NCBI GenBank assembly: GCA_041657425.1
Contig: JBBABY010000010.1
Coordinates: 1 to 32,000, forward strand
Direction of reading: 5' to 3'
Source of the DNA: an archaeon
Lineage (GTDB): Archaea > Iainarchaeota > Iainarchaeia > Iainarchaeales > CSSED10-239
DNA length: 32,000 nt
The position numbers were made by a program, and so were the translations under genes. Numbering within the stretch: the stretch's first letter is position 1; every line of letters starts with the position of its first letter. Positions 8,319 to 15,925 of this stretch are shown one piece after another. The notes under the pieces are model-generated. The model was given only the letters and a program-made list of their open reading frames with translations. It made no database searches and was not told the DNA's origin.

Positions 8319-9305
8319 ATGACATATATATATTCTAAAGTAATTAATGGGAAATCATATTATTATTTAAGAATGGATAAAAGAGAAAAAGATAAAAAAG
8401 TAATAAAAGATATAGCGTATCTAGGCAATGATCTTTCTAAAATAAATATTGATAAATTATTAGATAATTCTAAATATAAGAAAGAAATTAGAAAAAGTTA
8501 TAAAGTCATAAATAAATATATTAATTCAAATTATTATTTAGATAAAGCAAAATCAGAAAAATTACATAAGGATAAATATCTTACATATGAACAACAGATA
8601 CTATTAGAATCAATAAGATTACATTTTAAAGACAGATTTCTTAAGTTAGATAGAAATACACAAAGGGAAATATATGATAATTTTGTAGTTTCTTTCACTT
8701 ATAACACAACCTCTATTGAAGGAAATACAATTCCTCTAAGTGATGTTAGAAAGATATTGTTTGATGATAAAATACAGCTTAAGAATAAAACATTAAGAGA
8801 AATATATGACTTGAGGAATACAAAGGACACTTTTTTTTCAATTGTCGAGTCTAAAAAACCAATTAATATTGATTTTATAATTAATACCCACAAACAACTA
8901 GTAAAAGATGTAGATGAAAGAATTGGTTTCAGAAAACATGATGTTAGAGTAATTAAGTCAAGATTTGATAGTGCTCCTTATTTTAGAATAGAAAAGGAAA
9001 TACAAGAGTTAATCAATTGGTATAAAGAAAATAAAAAATTAAATCCATTTATTTTAGCAACAATATTTCATCACAAATTTGAAAAAATTCATCCATTCGC
9101 TGACGGCAACGGCAGAACAGGTCGTTTACTAATGAATTATATTTTAATTAAAAATAATTATCCACCAATAATTATCACAAAGAAAAATAGAGATAAATAT
9201 CTAGAAGCATTAGAATCGGCAGATAAATCAGAAGAGTATTCTAAATTATTACAATTTTTATTAGAAGAATATAAAATAGGATATTGGGAGAATTTTGTAG
9301 TATGA
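8319..9305 (+). CDS. fic: Fic family protein (AMPylase-type, class II with N-terminal inhibitory motif)
   Basis: Canonical HPFADGNGRTGR at 9090-9125. [ST]xxxE[GN] inhibitory motif TTSIEG at 8706-8723. ATG 8319 is preferred over the TTG 8274 used by the ORF track, which lies inside the hairpin. Confidence 0.9.
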   Translation: MTYIYSKVINGKSYYYLRMDKREKDKKVIKDIAYLGNDLSKINIDKLLDNSKYKKEIRKSYKVINKYINSNYYLDKAKSEKLHKDKYLTYEQQILLESIRLHFKDRFLKLDRNTQREIYDNFVVSFTYNTTSIEGNTIPLSDVRKILFDDKIQLKNKTLREIYDLRNTKDTFFSIVESKKPINIDFIINTHKQLVKDVDERIGFRKHDVRVIKSRFDSAPYFRIEKEIQELINWYKENKKLNPFILATIFHHKFEKIHPFADGNGRTGRLLMNYILIKNNYPPIIITKKNRDKYLEALESADKSEEYSKLLQFLLEEYKIGYWENFVV

Positions 9306-9306
9306 A

Positions 9307-10269
9307 TTATAATAATTTTTTTCTCCAAAGAATAGCTGATCCAAGAATTGATAAAAGTACAGATATTCCAAGAACTATATAGAATCCGTATTTTGCACTA
9401 CCAAAAGGAACAGGAACATTCATTCCAAATAAACTTGCTACAAGTGTTGGTATTGCAACAATAATAGTTATTGAAGTCAATAACTTTAATGTATGATTAA
9501 GGTTATTTGAAGTAACGGAATTAAAAAGATCAGTTGCATCAGAAATAATATTTTTATAGATAGCAGTAACAACAATTGCTTGTTTGTTTTCATCTATTAC
9601 ATCATCGATAACATCTTTATCATCTTCAGAGTTAACAAAGTCTTTATTTCTTGCAATCTTTTCAAGAAGTATTTGATCACTCTTTAGTGAGGTATTGAAA
9701 TATACAAGAGATTTTTTCAAATCTAAAAGATCAGAAATTTCTTTATTCCTTTGAACACTTTCAAACTTTTCTTCAATGGTTTTAATTTTAGCATCTATTT
9801 CTTTTAAGTATTTGATGTAAGTCTTTGAAGAAACAAGAAGTAATTTAAGCAAAACAAGAGCTTTTTCATGTTTAAATTTTTTATTTTTAAGTATATCTAG
9901 ATTTTCATTATCTCTAAAACTTATAGTAATAATATAATCTTTGTTATACATTATACCTAAAGGGATAGTAATATATTCTACAGCAGACTTATATTTACTT
10001 TCTGGATCCTCGCTTTTAAGTTTATGAGGAGTTCTTGTAATTATAAAATATTCTTGTCTATACTTTTCCATAAATGGAATTTCTTCCATATCCTGTAAAG
10101 AATTAATATCATCTTTAAACTCTTGATAATCCACTTCTTTAACTTTACAAATTTCAGCCAAGTACTTTATTTCATAAGCATCAGGGTTAACTACATTAAT
10201 CCAAGCATCTTTATTAGGTCTTTCTAAGTGTTGCACTCCATGCTCTGAGAATTTTAGAATTTCAATCAT
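9307..10269 (-). CDS. corA: CorA-family magnesium/cobalt transporter
   Basis: C-terminal two TM helices with the signature LFGMNVPVPF (GMN). Size is typical at 320 aa. Confidence 0.85.
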   Translation of the reverse strand: MIEILKFSEHGVQHLERPNKDAWINVVNPDAYEIKYLAEICKVKEVDYQEFKDDINSLQDMEEIPFMEKYRQEYFIITRTPHKLKSEDPESKYKSAVEYITIPLGIMYNKDYIITISFRDNENLDILKNKKFKHEKALVLLKLLLVSSKTYIKYLKEIDAKIKTIEEKFESVQRNKEISDLLDLKKSLVYFNTSLKSDQILLEKIARNKDFVNSEDDKDVIDDVIDENKQAIVVTAIYKNIISDATDLFNSVTSNNLNHTLKLLTSITIIVAIPTLVASLFGMNVPVPFGSAKYGFYIVLGISVLLSILGSAILWRKKLL

Positions 10270-10445
10270 TTTGTAGTTTTCACCCCTTTAACAAATAGTC
10301 TGTCAAATATACAAATATTTATATATAAATAATATAGTAAAGAATATATTTATAAATACTAAACAATATAATATTGTATATATATAACAAACAATTAACT
10401 AGTATAAGTTATATGTTTTAAAAACAGAAAATTTATTTTAAAATA

Positions 10446-12791
10446 ATGTACAATTGGGAAAATAAAATGGACAAAAACAATTTATCAAAATCTATTTTTT
10501 TAATATTAGCAATAATAATTTCAATGACATTTATAAGTAATGGAGTTTTTGCGATTGTTCAATATGATCTTTGTGGTATAGCACAATCTGGGGTTTATGA
10601 TTTGTGTATTCAAAATAATTCTGTTAATATAAATCAACAAACTGATAAATGTCCGCCATCTCATCCTTATTATGTTACATTTATAACAAAGGGTATGCAA
10701 GATGGTAATTATTATGTTGCATTTGTAGAAGATTCAATTTTTAAACAAAATGAAGGTGCAATTTTGAAGTACATGTATTATAAAGAAAATAATCCTTCTT
10801 TGGCAACCTTCAATTTCAATGAATATAAAAATACTGGTCAATTATTAATTGATGCATCTAAATTTACTATATTAAAAAATGACAAGGGAATGTCTTATTG
10901 TTTATCTAGTTCTTTTAGTAAAAAAAATGTAGATATATTTATTTGGCAATATAAAACTAAAAATATAAGTAAAACAATTAAATTCGTATCAGATTATCTT
11001 TCTAATAATATGGGGTATAATACTGAGGATTTTTTAGATTTGGGATTAGGTTCAAATGGCTCAATTCAAAGTTATAATTATTTCTCCACAAATTATAATA
11101 AAAATATTTTTTATAATTATGAATTTAGTTCTGTTTTAGGGATAATTGTTCCAGAATTAGTTACTAGTACAATTCCTGTAATAGTCCCCGCAGCAATCCC
11201 TGCCGTAACCTCTACAGCAATCCCTGCCGCAACAGAACCACCAAAAATCACTTTAGAATTTAATCCTAATTTTTATATTTCAGAAATTAATTATTCAACA
11301 GTAGCAAGTACTTTGTTAAAAGCAAGTAAATTAAGAGATAATGATTCATTTGTAGTTGATGATAAGGATAAAGATAAAAACTTTAGTATAGCATTACCAG
11401 GGTTTAAACCAAATACAGATGTATATGCAATAATAGCAACTCCAGATAAATCTACAGAAATATATACTGAATTAGCATATATACTTTCAAAAGATAAATT
11501 TGAGAGTTATAGTTCTCAAACAAATAATTATGAAATAAGAATGTCAATGACTGCTCCATTAAAACAAATTTTTAAATTAGATGCCCAAGGCATTTTTAAA
11601 TTTGGAATTAAAACAGCAGTTACAAATGAAAAACTAGTATTAATATTAATGCAGAAATCAACAGACGGACGTAAAATAAATTTAGCATACACAAACCTTT
11701 ATCTTTTAGATGATGGAAATCAATCTCTACTTTCTCTTTGTGAAATAAACAAAAGAATTGTAAGTTTTTATTGTAAAGGATATAATTGTAATATTCCTAA
11801 GAGCTGTATAGACAGATGGGATTATGATCCAAAACAATTAGAAGGCATAGTTGGAGCACCTTTGCCAGGAGCAACAATAGATGCACCTCCTGCAGAAGGA
11901 ACACCAACCCCACCAGTAACTGAAACTCCTGTTCAACCAACACTTGCAGCAACAGGAAATTGTGGTATTGACAAACAAGCAACAGTAGAAGAATATATTA
12001 CTTGTTTAAGAAATAATATTGAAACAGTAAATTTAACAAAAAGTTATGATTTAGTTATAAAAAATATTATGCAAGGACAAGCTAAGGTTGGAAATGTTTT
12101 AATAAATGATAAATATATTACAAATACTAATAATTTATGTTTTACTAGTAGTTTATTTAATAATGTAGTATTTTCTGTTGCAAAGGCAGAAAATTTAACT
12201 GAAGAAGAAACTGCGCAATTATGGTCAAGACTTGCAGCAGAATCTGGTTGTAAAGTTGATGTTTGTAATGGATATACTTGTGAAAGTCAAGGAGTTGCAC
12301 AAATTAATGTAGAGTCTTGGAGAGGATCATATAATTTGTTAAACCCATATCTGATTGAGATAGATTCGATAAAATATGGAACTTCTACTAAATTTGAGGC
12401 CGAATTGTCAAATGTTAAAAATAATCCAAGTACCGCAATTGAAATTTCTATTGCAATAAATAAATATCATAAAAGTGTTATTTTAAATAAATCTAAAAAA
12501 GCAAATAGACCATTTACAGATTTATTAGATAAGATTTATGATCATGATGACGCAATAGATATGGAATTTGCAACCGCTTATACATATACAGGAGTAAGTT
12601 ATGCTGATCATTTTGTAGATGGAATAAAAATTGGTGCAAAAAGATTTCAAGGGATTGTATATCCTGCGCTACATAAGATGGGATATTATCTTACATATAA
12701 ACATATGATTTATCAATGTCATAAAGAAGTAACAACTAATGCATTTGTTACTGCTTATAAAACAAAATATAATGGAATATATTGTAAGTAA
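10446..12791 (+). CDS. Large secreted protein with Pro/Thr/Ala linkers and a C-terminal lysozyme-like (lytic transglycosylase, SLT-type) motif set
   Basis: N-terminal signal/anchor SIFLILAIIISMTFISNGVFA. Linkers IPVIVPAAIPAVTSTAIPAATEPP and PPAEGTPTPPVTETPVQP. In order: AAESG, QGVAQINVESW, NPSTAIEISIAINKY, ATAYTYTG. An alternative start is ATG 10467. Confidence 0.7.
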   Translation: MYNWENKMDKNNLSKSIFLILAIIISMTFISNGVFAIVQYDLCGIAQSGVYDLCIQNNSVNINQQTDKCPPSHPYYVTFITKGMQDGNYYVAFVEDSIFKQNEGAILKYMYYKENNPSLATFNFNEYKNTGQLLIDASKFTILKNDKGMSYCLSSSFSKKNVDIFIWQYKTKNISKTIKFVSDYLSNNMGYNTEDFLDLGLGSNGSIQSYNYFSTNYNKNIFYNYEFSSVLGIIVPELVTSTIPVIVPAAIPAVTSTAIPAATEPPKITLEFNPNFYISEINYSTVASTLLKASKLRDNDSFVVDDKDKDKNFSIALPGFKPNTDVYAIIATPDKSTEIYTELAYILSKDKFESYSSQTNNYEIRMSMTAPLKQIFKLDAQGIFKFGIKTAVTNEKLVLILMQKSTDGRKINLAYTNLYLLDDGNQSLLSLCEINKRIVSFYCKGYNCNIPKSCIDRWDYDPKQLEGIVGAPLPGATIDAPPAEGTPTPPVTETPVQPTLAATGNCGIDKQATVEEYITCLRNNIETVNLTKSYDLVIKNIMQGQAKVGNVLINDKYITNTNNLCFTSSLFNNVVFSVAKAENLTEEETAQLWSRLAAESGCKVDVCNGYTCESQGVAQINVESWRGSYNLLNPYLIEIDSIKYGTSTKFEAELSNVKNNPSTAIEISIAINKYHKSVILNKSKKANRPFTDLLDKIYDHDDAIDMEFATAYTYTGVSYADHFVDGIKIGAKRFQGIVYPALHKMGYYLTYKHMIYQCHKEVTTNAFVTAYKTKYNGIYCK

Positions 12792-12849
12792 TTACAATAT
12801 TTTCTTCTTTCTTTCCTCTTTTTAAATTTTTTTATTCTATTATCTATTT

Positions 12850-14685
12850 ATGTGTGGAATAAATGCTTATTTTGGAAATAGAGATTGTGTATCTATTCTT
12901 GTTAATGGACTTAAAAGGTTAGAGTACAGGGGTTATGATTCTTGCGGTATTGCTGTTATTGATAGTAATACAAAGAAATTAAAAGTAATTAAAGCAAAAG
13001 GAAAAATAAGTAATCTAGAAGCAGAAATAAAGAAAGAACCTGAATTAAAAGCAACAATTGGAATTGCACACACAAGATGGGCAACTCATGGTGAGCCAAC
13101 AGTAATTAATGCTCATCCACACACTGATTGTAAAGAAGAAATTGCAATTGTGCATAATGGTATTGTTGAAAACTTTGAAACAATTAAAAAATATCTAGAA
13201 AGTGAAGGCCATGTTTTTAAAACACAAACAGATACTGAAGTTATTGCTCATTTGATTGAAAAGTTCAATAAAGGAGACTTAAAACAAGCAGTACAAAGAG
13301 CAGTTAAAGAAATAGTGGGAACTTTTGGTTTAGTAGTAATAGATAAACAAGGAAAAGAATTAATAGTTGCTAGACGTGGTTCACCAATAGTCTTAGGAAT
13401 TGGAGAAGGAGAATATTTCGTAGCAAGTGATGTTTCTGCAATCATAGAACACACAAAAAAAGTAATCTATTTAGAAGATAATGAAATTGCAAAAATTGAT
13501 AATAAAGGATATGAAATAACAAGTCTAAGTAATATAACGTTAGATAAAGAAATAATAAATGTAGAAATGAATTTAGAACAAATAGAAAAACAAGGATATA
13601 AGCATTTCATGTTAAAAGAAATACATGAACAACCAGAAACAATTAGACAAGCACTAGCAGGAAGAATTGATTTAGAAAATGTAACTGCTAAGTTAGGTGG
13701 ATTAAACCTAGAACCTGACTTCTTAAGAAATCTAAAAAGAATAATAATCGTTGCTTGCGGAACCTCTTGGCATTGCGGATTAGTTACAAAGTTTTCAATG
13801 GAGCGTTTCTTAAGAATTCCAGTTGAAGTTGATTATGCTTCTGAGTTTAGATATAGAGATCCAATAATTGATAATAAAACATTAGTTATTGCAATAAGTC
13901 AATCAGGAGAAACAGCAGACACTCTTGCGGCAATTAGAGAAGCTAAAGGAAAGGGTGCAAAAGTTATTGGAATTGTTAATGTTGTTGGCTCAACAATAGC
14001 AAGAGAATGTGATGGTGGAATATATATTAGAGCAGGGCCAGAGATTGGTGTTGCTTCAACTAAGGCTTTTACCAATCAATTAATAGCTTTAAATCTTTTA
14101 ACACTTTATATTGGTAGATGTATTGGTTCAATGTCTGAAACTGATGCAAGGAAACTAATAGATAATTTACAGGAATTGCCAGAAATAATAAAAGAAACAT
14201 TAAAGGAAGAAAAAAATATTGAAGAAATTGCAAAAGAATACTATACTGCAAAGAATTCTTTATATCTTGGAAGAGGAATCAATTATCCTTTGGCACTTGA
14301 AGGCGCTTTAAAGTTAAAAGAGATATCTTATATCCATGCAGAAGGTTATCCCGCAGCAGAAATGAAGCACGGGCCAATAGCTTTAATTGATAAAGACCTT
14401 CCAATTGTTGTTATTGCAAATCAAGACCTTAACTATGACAAGGTTTTATCAAACATTCATGAAGCAAAAGCAAGAGGTGCAAGAATTATAGCAATTGCAA
14501 CTAGAGGAGACACAGAAATTGGAAAATTATGTAATCATGTAATTTATGTTCCAGACATTTGTACAAACCTTACACCTTTTGTTAATGTCATTCCTTTACA
14601 GCTTTTAGCCTATTACATTGCAGACCTTAAAGACTGCCCAATAGACCAGCCAAGAAATCTTGCAAAATCAGTTACTGTTGAATAA
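12850..14685 (+). CDS. glmS: Glutamine--fructose-6-phosphate aminotransferase (isomerising)
   Basis: MCGI N-terminal nucleophile. Two SIS domains (ACGTSWH, SQSGETADT). C-terminal ...NLAKSVTVE. 611 aa, full length. Confidence 0.97.
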   Translation: MCGINAYFGNRDCVSILVNGLKRLEYRGYDSCGIAVIDSNTKKLKVIKAKGKISNLEAEIKKEPELKATIGIAHTRWATHGEPTVINAHPHTDCKEEIAIVHNGIVENFETIKKYLESEGHVFKTQTDTEVIAHLIEKFNKGDLKQAVQRAVKEIVGTFGLVVIDKQGKELIVARRGSPIVLGIGEGEYFVASDVSAIIEHTKKVIYLEDNEIAKIDNKGYEITSLSNITLDKEIINVEMNLEQIEKQGYKHFMLKEIHEQPETIRQALAGRIDLENVTAKLGGLNLEPDFLRNLKRIIIVACGTSWHCGLVTKFSMERFLRIPVEVDYASEFRYRDPIIDNKTLVIAISQSGETADTLAAIREAKGKGAKVIGIVNVVGSTIARECDGGIYIRAGPEIGVASTKAFTNQLIALNLLTLYIGRCIGSMSETDARKLIDNLQELPEIIKETLKEEKNIEEIAKEYYTAKNSLYLGRGINYPLALEGALKLKEISYIHAEGYPAAEMKHGPIALIDKDLPIVVIANQDLNYDKVLSNIHEAKARGARIIAIATRGDTEIGKLCNHVIYVPDICTNLTPFVNVIPLQLLAYYIADLKDCPIDQPRNLAKSVTVE

Positions 14686-14702
14686 ATAATTTGGAGAAAA
14701 AA

Positions 14703-15191
14703 ATGAACTCAAAAATAAACCTAAAAGAATTAGTGGAATTTCTAGTTGAAGCAAAGATAAATACATATGCTAATTCCCATGCAAAGGAAATAAAAGCAGA
14801 AAGGCCAAGTTTTAGAGAACTAGAATATAAGAAAGGGAAATGGGAATATAGAGACAGTTATTGTGGGTTTTTTTTTGCTCCTGGCCAAGAGATTGTAAGA
14901 TATAATAAAGAACCAATCTGGGCAATGGCTTATTCTGGTGGGATGAATAAGAAGTATCACGGAGATATTTCTTTTGCAAAAGAAACTTTTGGTTTTCTAA
15001 AGAAGGCCTTAGCCAAAGTAAACACAAAGATGCCTTATAGAGGCCCAAAGAACTATAGTGCAGGAGACTACAAATACATTAACACAATTAAAGGAAATAT
15101 AACTGACTTCTCCGGAATTGAAAAGATACTTTACAAAGGCAAAGTTGTATTTAAACAAGAATATATTGGTGGATTAATTATTGCTAAATAA
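14703..15191 (+). CDS. Conserved hypothetical protein (about 160 aa)
   Basis: ORF 6 nt downstream of glmS. ATG 14703 is preceded by TTGGAGAAAAAA. No confident family assignment. Confidence 0.6.
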   Translation: MNSKINLKELVEFLVEAKINTYANSHAKEIKAERPSFRELEYKKGKWEYRDSYCGFFFAPGQEIVRYNKEPIWAMAYSGGMNKKYHGDISFAKETFGFLKKALAKVNTKMPYRGPKNYSAGDYKYINTIKGNITDFSGIEKILYKGKVVFKQEYIGGLIIAK

Positions 15192-15281
15192 ACACACCAT
15201 TTCTTGGACAAATAAAACTAGTCTTATTCTAAGATGTAAAGTAAAAAACTAAAAGAAAAAAGAACCCAAAAAAACTAAAGT

Positions 15282-15351
15282 TTTCTGGGCCCAGAAACAT
15301 AATAAAAGCTAAGCTTTTATGTGCCCAAGAAAATCACTGATTTTTTTTGGG
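15282..15351. terminator. Three consecutive hairpin-forming palindromes between convergent genes (probable bidirectional terminator region)
   Basis: TTTCTGGGCCCAGAAA (15282-15297, a perfect 16-bp palindrome). AAAAGCT-A-AGCTTTT (15304-15318). CCCAAGAAAA ... TTTTTTTTGGG (15324-15351, one G-U pair). Confidence 0.5.
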
Positions 15352-15364
15352 AAAGAAAGAAAAC

Positions 15365-15727
15365 TTAGTTCTTTGCTAAGTTATAGATTTCTTTTAAAGC
15401 AACAATTATTGTTGCAGGAACCACAAATGTTGTTATTGCACTTAATACACTGATTAAGTATGGACCAATATACATTACGTTACTAAAAGCAACTGTTCCA
15501 AATGTTGTAACAATTACAAGAGAAACTGCTGTTAATAAGTAGTCCTTAACTTCAGTATCTGTTACATTTAAAAATCCTACAATTAAACCAAGTAAGACTA
15601 AAACAGATGTTGTTATAGTATTACCGACCATTTGTGATAAAAGACCAGCAATTAATGCAATTACTACACCTATAATAAATGCGATTGCACCGAATTTTTT
15701 TAAATTATTTTCTGTTTTTTTAACCAT
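15365..15727 (-). CDS. Small integral membrane protein (120 aa, about 4 TM)
   Basis: Almost entirely hydrophobic helices. GGGGGAAAATAAA SD-like sequence precedes the ATG on the minus strand. Confidence 0.6.
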   Translation of the reverse strand: MVKKTENNLKKFGAIAFIIGVVIALIAGLLSQMVGNTITTSVLVLLGLIVGFLNVTDTEVKDYLLTAVSLVIVTTFGTVAFSNVMYIGPYLISVLSAITTFVVPATIIVALKEIYNLAKN

Positions 15728-15894
15728 TTTATTTTCCCCCTTTTATATTTAGTATTTTTTATTTTTCTATTAGAAAAAAACGAAAAATCCTTATTTAAGG
15801 TATTTAAATATTTATAGCAAAAACAGTATTTAAATGTTTCTTTTGGACGGTAATATAAAGGTTTTCATACATAATATATATAATAAATAACGGG

Positions 15895-15920
15895 AATTAG
15901 TTACTATTGACTACAGGTGA
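15895..15920 (+). promoter_or_regulatory. Shared leader/operator box AATTAGTTACTATTGACTACAGGTGA upstream of the repeat-protein gene
   Basis: 23 of 26 nt are identical to 29641-29666 upstream of the SAM synthetase gene. It sits just downstream of a TATA-like ATATATATAATAAATA and includes the SD. Confidence 0.45.
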
Positions 15921-15925
15921 TATTT

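Noticed and set aside
11155-11166. A third exact copy of the 12-mer AATTAGTTACTA (the box upstream of the repeat-protein gene and mat) inside the secreted-protein CDS.
   Set aside because: It is embedded in coding sequence (ELVTST) with no TATA or SD context and lacks the downstream TGA.TACAGG extension shared by the other two copies. It is treated as probably coincidental, although a genome-wide count should include it.
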